Of a DNA stretch of 64,000 nucleotides, positions 48,430-62,659 are shown one piece after another. The translations under genes and the position numbers were made by a program. Location: assembly GCA_002189035.1 (NCBI GenBank), contig CM007990.1, positions 3,906,001 to 3,970,000 of the forward strand, written 5' to 3'. The stretch's first letter is position 1, and the number at the start of each line of letters is the position of its first letter. The stretch is from Utricularia gibba. Taxonomy: Eukaryota; Plantae; Magnoliophyta. The notes below the pieces were generated by a model. That model was not told where the DNA came from and ran no database searches. It worked only from the letters and a program-made list of their open reading frames with translations.

Positions 48430-51400
48430 TTAGGAGACTAGGATTCGGATTTGGGTATCCAATGATTCGTGGATTCGGATACGGGGATTCATCAAATCTA
48501 AAAGAATCTGTATAGGATTCTGAAAAATTAAAAATAATATATTATTTACTAGTTACAAATAATATTTTTAAATATAAATCTTTCATTTATCTATTACAAA
48601 AACCATATATCCCACCCTAGTGAAAATTAGATTTAACATAGAAGAAAATATTAAGATGAATCAAGTATCAATATCAAAATAACAAGTATCAGAATGCTCT
48701 ATAATATAATATTTAACAAAATAAAGCATTGCGATTTTCATCAATCATCAAACTCTTGTAGAACTTTACTTTCATCATCATCTTCATTACTAAATATGAT
48801 ACTCTCAAATTTTGGATCATTGATAGATAGTTTGGCGAATTCCAAGATAGTTGTATCTGTCAAAGATACTAAATGGCTAACATCCCACATCTTTGAAACA
48901 CCCTCTTGATACTTTGATGTCTTCCTTGAAAGAAATCGAAGATTGCTATGCACAAAAACTATATCCTCTATCGTTTTTGGGGTTAACTTGTTTCTTCGTT
49001 GTGAATGGATGAATGAGTAAGTACTCCAATTCCTTTTACTTGAAGAAGAAGAAGGCTGACCAAAAATTTTTTTTGCTAGATGTAATGTGGTGCTTGAGCA
49101 CTATAAGAATAACTCCATGATATTGGCTTCATATGTAGTCTACCTGTCAAAGATTAATGTTCTCCAAACTGATGTGAACACCTCAAAAAATTTGTCAATT
49201 CTTCTTTCAATTCTCTTTTTTGGAGAGGATTAGAAAAATATCAGTTGAGGAACTCATCTTTCAACTTTGAAATGACCAAATCACATTCTATAGGAGGCAA
49301 GTTTGGATGCTAATCTCTCCATTCTTTAGTAACACACCTATAAAATATTTATTATAAAAATTATATGCAACATTATTTGATTCATGAATGAAAGTAGTAG
49401 TCCAATGAAATTAAAATGAAAGCTAACCTTGGATTCAAACAATAGGTGATAGCATGCAAAGGAGTACTCATCAGCATTATCAAAAGAATATATAGCATGC
49501 TTCACCTTCATCAACATAGTATCACATTGTTCATAAATCAAATGAAGAGTGAGTTGATCTGTATCACATAATCTGATATATTCCACAATAGACTCTAAAA
49601 CTTTAAGAATATAATCAATAGAAGTCCATAAACGATGAGCTAATATTCTTTGTTTAACTAAATTAGCCTTCTTCCTTTCTCCATCATCACATGAATTCCA
49701 TTCATCGCTAAGAACCATCTTTTGTAATGAATTGGCAAGAAGTTTAAATTGAGATAATACAATCACATGAGATGCAAATCTAGTTTCAGCAACCTTAAAA
49801 AATGATATAGTTGAGTATTTCCTAAAAATAACTAATCTTCTTGTACGGTTAATAATAAAGTTCCTAAAGGTGGATACTTCATCAACAATGTCTTTGAACC
49901 ACATAGCTGATGAGGAAGCAAATATATCTTTCATAACAAGATTTAGTGTATGAACAATACGTAGAGTCCAAAAAATCTGCAATGTGAAATATACAATGGT
50001 ATATTAGAAATATAAATGCAATACAAGTATTAAAAAAATTGAACAAGTTAAGTTAAAAGAAAACTACTTTTGGAAATTCTCTCAATCATATGATCTGAAG
50101 CTTTACAATTTGCAACATTATCTTTTATTATTTGAATAACATTTGATGCTCCAACATCAGTTACTACTTGCCTAATTAATGAAGCAATAAAGGGCCCACT
50201 TTCACATGGTCTTGACAATTAGATGCTCGCCAAAAAATGCTTCTAGATTCATTTCAAATAATAAATTTAATCAAAGGCTTCCTTCCAACATCTGTCCAAC
50301 CATCAGTTATAATGGTTATACCTTTCAAATCTCATGTGCTTGCTGTAGGATTCAGTAACTTTTCAATATGCTTCTGATAAACGAAAAATTATGCAATGTC
50401 GTTAAATGCAAATTTTCTTATCAAATAAATTTATAACCTAACCCACATTCAAGCATAAACAATTATGAGCATAGTGATTAGGGTCGAACACGAAGAGCAG
50501 ATGCTTGTCAAGTGATTAGTCAAAGCATGAAATCAATGTCCCGTTGGTAAATTGGTCTTAGCTAGGACTAAGGCAGAACTAAAACGAAATACAGTAAAGA
50601 AAATTCATAAATTCTGGAGCTTGGTTGTTTCTGGAATGGAATGGGTGATGCCTTGGGATTCCTATGGGATGTATGCTTATCACTAAACAAGCTCACACAA
50701 ACCATAAATCATACAACTAACTCACAAGATCTAGGTCTACCCGGATTCTTGTTTTTCCCCCTAATATTTGGTTTACCTCTAATTAGGGTTGTTAAGTTGG
50801 GTTTCATTACTTCCCTCTCTTGGATCTATTCTGGTTTGTTAAGGAAGTGGCGTGACTCATGGTTTATTAAGTCTAAGGATGGATTAGTATATTTCTCCTC
50901 TTTTCACCCCAAGGCACCCCCATAAGTGCTTAGCCACTCATGCTTAAGGTAAACGAAAGTGGAAAAGAAAACATCACCCACAGTATGCTCATTTCACAGT
51001 CGAATACCAGAAAGCAAACAAGCAAGTAATGTGAAATGTCGACAAAAACTAAAAACTTCGCTAGCTATTCTTAGCTAGGAGTAATATTCTTCGAAAACAG
51101 AAATTAGTCTTGAACTTCAGCTTCGTTCCTGTTTGTATTCCTTCTTCTTCCCCAGAAAAACCTTCTTCAGATAGTTGTTCGTGAGTCTCCAAGGGGAGAT
51201 CTACCTTCTCTCCCCACCTTTCCTCTCTTTTTGTCCAAAATCTCCCTTTTTCACCTCCTTGGACTTTGTGTGTACTCTTTTTCAGACTTCTGTCACCTTC
51301 TCTGCCACCACACTGTTCATACTCGGCTCCTTGGGACTTGTGTTGCGACCTATGGTGCATTGCTTGAAGGGATCTGTTAGAAGGTTGGGACTGAATCGTA

Positions 51401-52752
51401 GATTTAGTTCCAACTAAGATTAAAAGTGCACTCCTACAGTACTTATGTGCAAAAATATAGAAACAGACAATTAAGCTTAATTTTTGTAGCACAAAATGAG
51501 TAAATTCTATGCATTGAGCCACTCAAAAATATGTGTTATCAGCTTCCTTTCATTATCCAAGTGTTTTTCTCTCAAACTTATCAAATTTGGGTAGTAAAAA
51601 AGTAGTAGAAATTAGTTACTTGGTAGTTTTTTGAAATCAATTAAAGACATTGCTTCAATAAAATAAGCACAACGTGCAAATTTGAATGGAATACCACTAA
51701 CATAAAAAGCTCTTGCAATCGCATTATTTACCTCTTCCTTATCTTACATATTCCATAACTCTTCTAATGTCTTTTTGTTTGTAAGTTTTTGATTCTTTCC
51801 TTGACGTTGATAATCTTCATCAACTGAGGTGGATGAGTGAAATACTTGAGATGAAGATCCATAATTTGAACTTGGAGCATAAGATCCTTCTCATGATCTA
51901 TTGCTTATAGTAGGCAATGAAACCAATTTTGATTTATTATTCTCCATTCTTTGAGAAGATTGTTCTTCTAATGCTTTCACTTCAGCAAGTTGTGTTGGAG
52001 TAATAGCTGGACATGTCTTCACACCTTGCCCAATGGTTTTCATTAAATGAGCTCGAACTCTGAAATAAGAGCCTATAAATTCCACATTGCAATAGTCGCA
52101 ACGAACCACTTTATTTCCACCTTTTGAAATTGTCTTCCTTACAATAGTGAAAAATTTCCAAAGTGTTCGATTATTTTGTGATGATCTATCATCACACTCT
52201 GGGTCAATCTCTCTTGTTTCCATCTAGTAAGAAAAGTATCAGTTCCAATCACACAAATTAACAGCTTTTGCAAAAAATGAAGAGTCCTGGCACTGTAACA
52301 ACTAATTAACAAGGAACAGTTCTCACTTTCGATTACCCGAAGCGTAGACGATGGCGTCTGCCCCTTGCTGATCGATTTCGGTTGCAATGTGTCGCTGCCT
52401 ACTCCACACCCAGCCAACCAATTTTTTTCAGACTGGTTCATAGGCCCACATGAATTGGTCGGTGCTCAATTTGTAGAAGAGTGAATTTTTGCTCGTGTAC
52501 TTGTCAAGCGTTGGATTGGAAACTCCCGCACAAGGTTGAGTGTTCACAATCGTCACTATGAGCGGGATTGTAGTTCTAGGGTTTTATGACATGTGGATTT
52601 GTGATAATGATGATATTAAATATGCAAATATTCATAATATTTTATAAATATAAATTATGGGATACGTGGAGTACACGAATATGCACTATAACCCCGTATC
52701 CCTAAATCAGATTTGGCCTAAACATGTAGTTGGACGAATCCTATTACCCTAG
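48430..52752 (-). mobile_element. hAT DNA transposon (defective) with nested solo LTR
   Basis: 8-bp TSD ATTCAGAG (48422-48429, 52753-52760). Imperfect TIR TTAGGAGACTAGGATTCG versus CTAGGGTAATAGGATTCG (14/18). BED finger WKFF...CDYC...RVRAHL (51891-52223), DUF659 (ITDGWTD; FWTLRIVHTLNL), dimerization-domain end MHSNLRFLSRK (48953). In-frame stops present. Confidence 0.9.
50375..51541 (-). mobile_element. Solo LTR, Athila-type, inserted in the hAT transposase
   Basis: TGATAA...TTATCA termini and a 5-bp TSD GCTTC (50370-50374, 51542-51546). Removing it rejoins the transposase reading LDNERK|HIEKLL. Confidence 0.92.
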
Positions 52753-52999
52753 ATTCAGAGGTTGATCAAAGAATAAAGACATTGGTAGTAGGTAATAGTC
52801 ATAAGTAGAACCAATAGAATTAGAAAGACCTAATTCTACATATTTTACATGCAAATAAACCTAATTGTGAAATGGGTGAAGACTCTGCGTCGAAAATATG
52901 ACAAATAACCTATGCAAATTTTGGTTGTTTAGAGTATGCATATAGATAAATTATAGATTAGATTAGAAACTTGGAAAGTATAATATTAGAGGCATTGTA

Positions 53000-55900
53000 G
53001 AGAAAACAATCACAGAAATGAAATATTCAGCAAACTAAAGATGAAGTAAAATGTTTTACTTTATTTCTACTACTATTCACTGCTCGTAATAGTCACACTA
53101 AATTGGGTTTCAACCCTTGTTCTTCATGTTGGACGTTTTTTTTTCTAAAATCATCTTCTTACCTTTATCCCTTATTGTTCAAGCCTATCAAAGAAGCTCC
53201 CCAATGAATCCTCCATTTTTTCATTATCTCTCTCCTACAAAATATGTCATTCTCTCATTTTCAAATTGTTCTAATCGTTCTAATTGTCTTCTTGAGAAAT
53301 GTTGTTAGCAATGCAAATCCCAATAATTCGAAAAGGGTACAATGAAGTCACCATGAAAAGGGGGCAAAAGAGATAAAGAGAAATGCCAAATCGAAAGATG
53401 GAAGAAAAAGTGCATTTTTGGAATGATGAGAGGGAGAAAATATCTCCACCACATCTAACAACAAGCGACTCTTATGGGGGAGAGATTTGGAGCATAAAAA
53501 AATCACAAGAACCAAGAAGAACAAGGGAGACGACCTAGGAACAAACCTTACTTTTGAAGACTTCATTTGACTATGAAGAATATTAATCCTAGTTGGGAGT
53601 AGTTTTAGCTTTTTTGCGCAAAATATATACAATCATAGTTACTGTTTATGTTTATGTTTCTTTTCTTGTTGTTAAGTGGTGAAACAAAGATGATATTCAT
53701 GTTATGTTATGAAAATATTTTATTTTCCCTTAGTATGAATAACTAAGCACTTAGTGGTACATTGGAACAAAAGAAGAATAATGTGCTAATTGTTCTTTTG
53801 ACCTTGCTAGTCATAAATTACACCATTTCCGTAATAAACCAGAATACATTTAAGAGTAGGAAGTAGTGACACTCATCTTAAACAACCATAGTCAGAGATA
53901 AAACAAAAATTAGGAGAAAACAAGGGTTTGGATAGATCTAAATTTTTTCTTGTTAGATGAATAATTTGTGGTTTAGATGAAACTATTTTAGTGATAATTA
54001 TGCAATCCCTAGAATTCCCAAGGCATCACTTTGATTAATTTTCGATAAAAACTGTTTTTACCCATGTACTACCTTTCTGCATATTAATGTCAAACTGTTA
54101 GTCCTAGGTTAGACTAAATCTTTCAATTGTGATATTCACTAAATACATTGACCATCATATAACAAGCACCAGCTCCTTGTATTCAACCCTAATCACTATG
54201 CTTGTAATTGTTTCATTATTAAGTATGCATTAGGTTTATAAATTTTATTTGATAGGAGAATTTTCAATTTATAATGACTTGCTATATTTTTAGTTTATCA
54301 AATTGATGTCATTGCCCAGAAGTGGTGTTTAATTGTTGTGTTTTAGTTAATGCATTTGCTTTCCTCTTGTGTATGATTTTGATTTTAACCTAGAAATCGA
54401 AAGGGCTACTGGGAGGAACTGCAAGAGAGTAAGAGAAGTAGCCAAGTTGAGAAAACTCTTTGCTATAACTCAAGTTAATTTTATGATGACCGAATAGGAT
54501 AAGACTTTGAATGAGTTGGATGCTGCTGACAACACCTATAAGGAGTCTATGCATCAAATTTCTAGATGATGTAGCCAATGAGCTCAAACTGGCAATGATC
54601 AATTTCCTACCGAAATTCCATGGAAAGATAGGAGAGAACCCCCATGAGCATTTGAACAATATGATAACAGTGTGTACATCATTAAAGGGAGTTAGAATGA
54701 CCAAGGATTCAATATGCTTCAGAGCCTTCCAATTTACTTTGGAAGGAGACAATAAAACATGGTTTAATTCTCTAAAGCCTAGAAGTATTATTGATTGAAT
54801 TGGAATGAAGAAGGTATTTTTTTAGCAAGTATTTTCCAGCTTTAAAGGTTGAGGGAATCAAAAAAGAAATAATTGATGTTGAGCGAATGAGTGGTGAGTC
54901 ATTACATGAATATTGGGAAAGATTTAATCAGATAAGTTTATGAGATGGAATGCAAGTCAAAGACATCATAAAGCGACTTAATGAAAAATGTTGTTGCTAT
55001 GTCTCAAATGATGAAGGTATTATTTTTATTCCAAGTTAAGAATATGTCTTGCAGCAAGTGCCACAAAATGAAACATATTGTTGATAAATATCCCGACTTG
55101 CTGAAGGAAAAACATGTGAACACAATGAGATATATGGAGTCATCCAAAAAGAAATATGATCTCTACTCAAATACTTACAACCCAAGATGGAGGGATAGAC
55201 CCAATTTTAGGTGTAGCAACAATGATAATTTTTACACAAGTGAGAGCTTCCATTCTGGACAGTAAGGGTTTCAGCAAAATTTTCAGGATCAGCAGCAACA
55301 TTCATATGAGGCTCCACCATTTCACAAGCAAAACCAACACATTCAGTAGCAATATCAATCTCCAAACCAGAATAATTCTAGAGGAAATTTTTGAAGTTCA
55401 TTGGAGGAAATTTTAAAGATTTTCATAACCCAATCTATCAAGAACAAAGGTGAGAGCCAACAAGCTATCAAGAACTTGGAAATTCCAACAACTCAGTTGT
55501 ATTTTATCTAATATTTTTTTCCAATTTTGTTTAAGTTTTTCTAGAGGTAAACACGTGGCAGGAAGTGTGAGAAAGGAAGTAGCAGATGGCAACAAATGGA
55601 TCTTCTCAAACTGACATCTCGATTTTCAGAAAATTGTAGACGCCTGCGGTACATGGGAGTCTCTGACAGATAAAATCATTAGCGTACCGGTGTCAGAGCA
55701 GAAGCTTTCTTGCAAGTCACTTCAATTCACAACAAGAATAAGGGGATACGAAAACTCATACTTTCATTAGAGTTTAGTTCAGTTCAGACATTGAGCATTC
55801 AATTTCCATTTTAGTTTTGTCTATCTTTGCAAAGGATTTTTCTCTAACTTCTCTCTAAAATCTTGTTTTAGTTTTCCTTGCTTTGCATGGTTGTTCGTGG

Positions 55901-57370
55901 CCAGAAACTTTCGTTTCTGGATTGGGAGACTCCTAGTTCTATGTTTCATTAACTAATTTTGAATTTCTTCTTTGAATCTGATTGGGTTCTGTATGCCTCT
56001 GTGATTATGTTACAGTCTTTTTGTAATAATCTCATTATTCAAGATTCATAGTCAATTGATTACTACTTATGAGTTTTGAAGAGGAGTAAGGTGGAAAACA
56101 CCAACTCATGTCTTTTTGACATGAGGTAGACAAAGAGTGACCTCATATCTGGACTTATTGAGTCATTGGTAACACTTGGACACACACGCGCAATTTGACT
56201 ATGAGGGTACGACTACAGAACCTTTTGTCTTCACATTCGTCTAAGGAGAAGCAACATCAGACTATTCACATGCCTTCTTGTAAGAGAATATAAAGGAGGA
56301 TAGACAATTCATTACTCATATAATTGAGTACTCGAGAAGATCAGAGAAGAGTGAAAACACGACGAACATAGTTGAGCATGATTCTAATCTCAATAACATA
56401 CTCTTTATTTAAGGTTTATCATTTAAATTTATTTCCGTTGTTTGTATACAACCCCTTTACTTCCTTACTCATGCTTCATCACTTACGTTTCTCGCACATT
56501 TTACTTTACAAAATCGTTTGCAAATCGTGACAGTTGTATTCAGTGTAACTTAACCTTTCATTGAAAAATAACTTCTTGTTTCGACCCCGTACAACATAGT
56601 TTGTGTTTTACGAGTTTTAGAAATATTTAAAATTTGTTGTGAAAACGACACACATCATAGGCTTCGATTAAATATTTATTTGTAACACAGTATATCACCG
56701 ACGTAGTCCTGTAGAGTCAGGATCAACTAAAGCACACCATCATGATTCAACCATATCCAATGCTGGATCAACCGCAGACATATTGTACGTACAACACAAC
56801 AGCGCACTACATTCTATGTAGTGTTTCTATGGACTAGTGTTGGTCAATTGGCACTAAAGGGGACAAGCATACTCATTGTTTATTAAACCACATTAACCAT
56901 ATAATAACACTAGTTTCTTAGTAAAATAGGATAAATCTAGGAGGGGAAAATAGTAGTATGGTCATCATAAACAAAATCTAATTAGAGGTAGATCAAAAAT
57001 TAAGAAAATATAAAGATTTAGATAGACTTGAACTCTTGTTTGCTAGATGAATAATTAGTGATGAGCATATCGTGCTTGGAAGTTTCAAGACATTAAATTA
57101 TTTTCTTTTAAATATAAATCTGATTTACTCATTTATTGCTTTATTGTATTTTATTTAGAACTAAATTAGGTCTAATTTAGACTTAATCTATCATCATGAC
57201 AAAAAAACAGAATTTATGAATATCTACACAATAAGCACAATGATCCTTGTATTCAATTCTAGTTTCACTATATTCATATTTCTGTTATACTTAATTGTGA
57301 ATTAGGTTTATTAATTTATTTGATACGTAAAATTACATTTATAGGAAATGTGCAAATTTTCTATTTATCA
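53000..57370 (+). mobile_element. Degenerate Athila-type Ty3/gypsy element (5' LTR, gag remnant, partial 3' LTR)
   Basis: LTR ends GTTTATCA at 54300, followed by PBS-like AATTGATGTCATTGCCCAGA. Gag motifs LPKFHGKIGENPHEHL, FRAFQFTLEG..KTWFNSLKPRSI and YSNTYNPRWRDRPNF. A second LTR 3' end closes at 57370. Left boundary approximate. Confidence 0.75.
55650..56657 (+). mobile_element. LTR-like fragment of a second family nested in the Athila remnant
   Basis: LTR-like composition ending GTTTCGACCCCGTAC...CACACATCA. Left end and TSD not resolved. Confidence 0.35.
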
Positions 57371-58124
57371 TGCATCATATTTAATTACTTTCTATTTGAA
57401 CGATGATACTAATATTATAACATGCTTTCAGCAGATCTTATACATTTCCATTTTGAGACAAGTGGATTAGGATGATTTAAAACACCTGGGATCACTGTTA
57501 TAAATAAAAGCGTTGAAAATAATTTTAAATTATTAACTTTTTTGGTTTTATTTCTGGTTTATTATAATTGCAACTATAAAATGAATATAATAAATGGAAA
57601 AAAATCTACTTTGTGAGTGATTTGATATCACAACTTGTGTAATAAATAGTATTTAATTTTGACAAACACATTCCATCCATAATTCCATGGTTTCCTTTCC
57701 TTTCTGTGTGTTTCTAGAAATCAGTAGTCTCTTTTGCTTAGCCATCTTCATTTTCCATGTCACATATTATATTAACATTAAAATTTAATATTGAAAAGGA
57801 TCAATTATCTCGTACATGTAATATCAGAACATGACAGTTTTCTCATGAATTTGTTTTCTATGCACTCCCTTATCAGGGCAGCAAAATTAAAAAAAATAAT
57901 GTTTCTTTCATTCGAGAGTTGTAATGTGCTGGGTTTTGAGACCTCCAAGACTGAACAAATTCCGTATCTTGTGGAAGAACACACACGCATACAAAAAAGA
58001 GGTTAACCTGTACGAGGTTTCAACTAGTTAACTACCGTTGATAAATCAAAATAGAGTTGGAAAGTTTGTGTATGAGCCAGCGAAAACGACTCCACCTTTC
58101 ACATAAGATATAATAAAATTACTA

Positions 58125-61100
58125 TTGTTAGGAAATTATTTGGGATTATATGAATAAAAAAATAATTATTTGAAATTATTTTAACAAAATTACATATATT
58201 TTTCAATCAAATATAATAATATTTTATTTATGTCTTTTATAACAGAATAATAAAATAAACATATAATACGCAATGAATGCTTGGTACATGATATTAAATG
58301 AAAAATAGTAAGTTATATTAAGATCTCAATTTTATTACGCCAAATAAGATTTATCAATGATAAATGGGTTTATATACCCATTGTTTAATTGATATTTTTA
58401 CTCCCATTCATTTTCTAGTTATATTAAAAAATGAAGATAATATAATTATTTTTATATGATTAAAATTTCTAAATACAATTTTATTAATAGTTTCACTTAA
58501 TTAACCAAACATATCTAATCTTATTCATATATTTATATTTTATTTACATATCTCTATTAAAAGATCTATCAGTATATTTTAATCTCACTAAATACATACT
58601 ACTTAACTCTAAATAAGAAAGTTATAATACATTACATGAATGATCTGAAATTCTTCTTTTTTTACAAATTTTAAATACTTGTAATTATATCGAACCATGC
58701 CCCATACAGATTATAATTGCGAAAGAATGATCATCAACTTTGTTTTAAATTTTAGGTCATGGGTTTTTAGTTTATGAAAGTGTTTAATAGTATATTATAA
58801 AAAAAATTATATTCAAATTTACATATAAATCACTATTTAATTAAGTAATCTATGTACAGTAAACTTGTATTATTATACAACTCACATAATCATTTTTTGA
58901 ATATAAGGATGATATATACAAATGCAAGAAGAAAGAATGTATATTGCTCACATACGTAGATTGCTAATATTGAATATTAAAATATTATATATATATATAT
59001 ATTCAATTATACTATATTTGAATATACTAATATAAATAACCTATGTGAATCTAATGAATCTCATGGCTTCCTTGGCGATGTCAGTTTGAGCACCAGGATA
59101 ATATCATTTATTGCACCTTCGTCGAAGTAAATGAATTGGAATAAAATAAAATAAAATATGAAAATTTGGAAGCGAAAACCAAATCGTCTTCCAGTTTCTT
59201 GCACCTTTTCCCAAGAAAAGAGTAGGTCCCCATTTAGTTGGATCGTTCTTTAAATATGTGATGGTAAGCGAGTGAGCTTCCACCAGAAGTCATCATTGCT
59301 AAACAGAAATGGAGTTCTCTTCCGTCAGCATCACCATCCTCGTCATTCTCGTCTCTAGTTTGTCGGCATACCTTCTACTTTTCCGGCGGAAAGGTTCCGG
59401 CCATGGGTTCAAAACAGTTCCTTTATTGGGGGCCCTCCCGGACTTCCTTCGCAACCGCCACCGCTTCCTCGACTGGGTCACCGAAACTGTTGCCGATACG
59501 CCGGGGAATACCGCCGCCTTCACCATTCCCGGGAACACCCAAGGCATCGTGACAGCGAATCCGCAAGTTGTGGAGTACATACTGAAAGCCAACTTCGAGG
59601 ATTACCCAAAGGGCTCTTATTTCATTTCCGCTTTGCATGATTTGCTGGGGAGTGGGATCTTCAACGTGGATGGAAACTCATGGAAGGTTCAGAGGAAGAC
59701 TGCGAGTTATGAGTTTAACACGAAATCTCTCAGGAATTTTGTGATGGAATGTGTGGCCTCTGAATTGGAATCCCGGCTGATTCCACTGATCGAATCCGCC
59801 GCTAAAAGCGGCAACGTTTTGGATCTTCAGGACATTCTCGAACGATTTGCTTTCGACAATATATGCAGACTTTCTTTCAACGTCGACCCTGGTTGCCTTG
59901 AAGGTGACAGCTCTGTTGGGGCGGAGTTTATGCGGGCATTTGATGAAGCTGCCCTGCTCAGTTCGGGTAGATTTTTGTCTGCTTTCTCGTTTCTAGTGAC
60001 GACCAAGAAGTTTCTCGATGTGGGATCGGAGAAGAAGCTGCGCAAATCCGTTGCTACTGTCCATGATTTCGCTGACAAGATCATCAGAAAAAGAATGGAA
60101 GAAAAGAGGGAAACTGTTATTAAAGAGGATGAGGACTTACTGTCAAGATTCATAACGCAAAAGGAAGCCTCACCTCAGTATCTCAGAGATATCGTCATCA
60201 GCTTCATTCTAGCAGGGAGAGACACTACCTCCGCTGCTCTTACGTGGTTCTTCTGGCTGCTATCTACCCACCCACATGTCGAACAAAAGATCCTGCAAGA
60301 ACTAGCCGAAATCCGAAGCCGAAACGGCAAACCAGTCGGCGAGGTCTACACCTTCGATGAGCTTCGCGATATGCATTATCTCCATGCGTCAATCACGGAA
60401 TCAATGAGACTGTATCCTCCAGTTCCAGCAGACTCAAAGACGTGCGCGAAAGACGACATTCTCCCTGATGGGACTGTGATACGCAAGGGCTGGTTCGTTA
60501 CATACTTTGCATACTCAATGGGAAGGATGGAGAACATTTGGGGTAAAGATTGCCGCGAGTACAAGCCGGAGAGATGGATCGAGAACGGCGTTTTCAAGCA
60601 GGAAAGCTCGTTCAAGTTTCCGGTTTTCCACGCCGGACCAAGGATCTGTCTGGGGAAGGACATGGCCTACATTCAGATGAAGTCTATCGCAGCTTCTGTG
60701 TTGGAGAGGTTTGCTTTGAATGTTTTGGTGGAGAAAGGCAAGTCCCCTGAAGGCCTCTTATCCTTGACTCTCAGAGTGAAAGGTGGGCTGCAGGTCACAG
60801 TGAAGGAAAGGGAAGCTCCCAGCAGTTTCTAAGGCATTTTGGCGCGATGAATAAAATTTGTGTGGTTGTTAAGAATTCTATGACTTGTTTGTAACTCGTG
60901 TTGTGGTACCCTATCAAGTAATGTCTTTGATGCGTGGTATATTTTTATTTTAGATAATTATTTAAGTTAATTATTAATAAAAAAAATATAAATAATATTA
61001 ACTCCATATTACTTTCGTATAATTAATTGTTAAAAAACTAATGTTTGACATTATTTGATAACAAGACACTATTTCCACTATTCCAATACTCCATGATAGA

Positions 61101-61760
61101 TTCTTACCATTTTAAATGTTGATAGTTTACCATTATACAAGTGATATAAATAATTCGTATTGTTTCTTATAACTGATTTAGATAGCTATCAATTTTTTTT
61201 CATTATAGTAAAATTAGTTTATACTATGAAATTCTAATTTCTATTCATAATATTTTTCTAACTCATTTCAACTCTTTCCACCATGCCCCTACCAGGATTA
61301 TGAAATGAAGAAACAAAGATTGTGTTTTGAATTAAACTTCTACTTATGTAGAAATATTGCAAATGAATACATAATCGAAATAGTTAGATTGCTTTTGGAG
61401 AAAAATATTACAATTAAAGTGAAAGTCATCTAGATATTCATTAGTAAGGATATTGGATTTATAATATCATATATATGAAAATCATTAGAATTTATGTACA
61501 ATACATTTGAGATTTTAGTAACATTGCTACCCATCTTACTACAATAAGCTTATATACAAAATCCTAAAATTATTATCATATGAAAATACATAAAACTAAT
61601 TTTTCCAACAGTAAAACACTCAAGTATGTATTTTGGATTTTTGAATCATGTATTCAAGGTTATTACATAATTCTAAATGTGATCACAATATATGTTGTAC
61701 CTTTTTATTTTAAGTTGAACCACACATTATTGATTGTTATAACTATACATATTTGTAACC
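58125..61760 (+). repeat. Tandem duplication unit C (CYP94 copy 2 with flanks); upstream similarity to unit A extends to about 57620
   Basis: Aligns with unit B across promoter, CDS and 3' flank, with a private insertion of about 335 bp at about 58890-59220. Confidence 0.85.
59309..60832 (+). CDS. CYP94: Cytochrome P450 CYP94 family (CYP94D-like), copy 2, 507 aa, intronless
   Basis: Same motifs as copy 1 (AGRDTT, ESMRLYPPVP, PERW, FHAGPRICLG). About 93% amino-acid identity to copy 1 by manual alignment. Confidence 0.93.
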   Translation: MEFSSVSITILVILVSSLSAYLLLFRRKGSGHGFKTVPLLGALPDFLRNRHRFLDWVTETVADTPGNTAAFTIPGNTQGIVTANPQVVEYILKANFEDYPKGSYFISALHDLLGSGIFNVDGNSWKVQRKTASYEFNTKSLRNFVMECVASELESRLIPLIESAAKSGNVLDLQDILERFAFDNICRLSFNVDPGCLEGDSSVGAEFMRAFDEAALLSSGRFLSAFSFLVTTKKFLDVGSEKKLRKSVATVHDFADKIIRKRMEEKRETVIKEDEDLLSRFITQKEASPQYLRDIVISFILAGRDTTSAALTWFFWLLSTHPHVEQKILQELAEIRSRNGKPVGEVYTFDELRDMHYLHASITESMRLYPPVPADSKTCAKDDILPDGTVIRKGWFVTYFAYSMGRMENIWGKDCREYKPERWIENGVFKQESSFKFPVFHAGPRICLGKDMAYIQMKSIAASVLERFALNVLVEKGKSPEGLLSLTLRVKGGLQVTVKEREAPSSF

Positions 61761-62659
61761 TTATTCTACTTCTTGTACTTGAAGTATTTGATAGCGAAAA
61801 TAATAAATTTTGCGTATGATTTATTCAATTGTTTGATTACTATGTTGTTATTGAATAAGGAGCATATGTTTATTTTAATAGGATTAATTTGATTCATAAT
61901 ATATTATCTCAAATAGTACCTTTTAGATCAGAATATGTTGAATGTCATCATATTTACACTCCAATCTTCTTATATATTTTCTCATTAAACAACTTTAGGA
62001 GAAATTAAATCAATTGGTATGTCACATTCATTGAAAAATTCGAAAAGTATTTGATTGGAATTCATATGTTTACTTATATAACTTTGAGTACTTGGACAGT
62101 TATCTCGAAAAATATGAATACTTAATTATGAAATAATTGTTAGATATACATTTAATTTTTTTATAGTATATCTCTTTAATAAAACTTAAATAGTAATTAT
62201 TACAAAATTAAAAATAGCGAAACATCTCACTAAATACTTTTAATATAATAATTATTACAAAATTAAGAAATACATAAATTATGTATACCTAATGATTTTA
62301 TTATTTAATATTTGTAAACAACAATTATTTTTTTGAAAGAAGATAAGAGTATCAACCTACAATCGAATATGCACATCAACTAGGAAAAGTGATTTAATCA
62401 CTTTTCTAAATCACCCTTATAGATAAGTTCATCCTATATCCAATGATTCAAGTTATTAATGGTGTCCAAGCAAATGTTCCGACACTTTCCAATTCATTTC
62501 CATTTTTGGCGTATATTAAATACTTTTTTATATTACTTTTTTTAAAAAATAAGAAATTCGTGAATTTATATACACATAGAGACCATTTTTTCATACATTA
62601 AGATGGTTGATTTTTTAATAAACTTTGATTCATGCGGTTTGGGATCAGTCAAACCCTAC

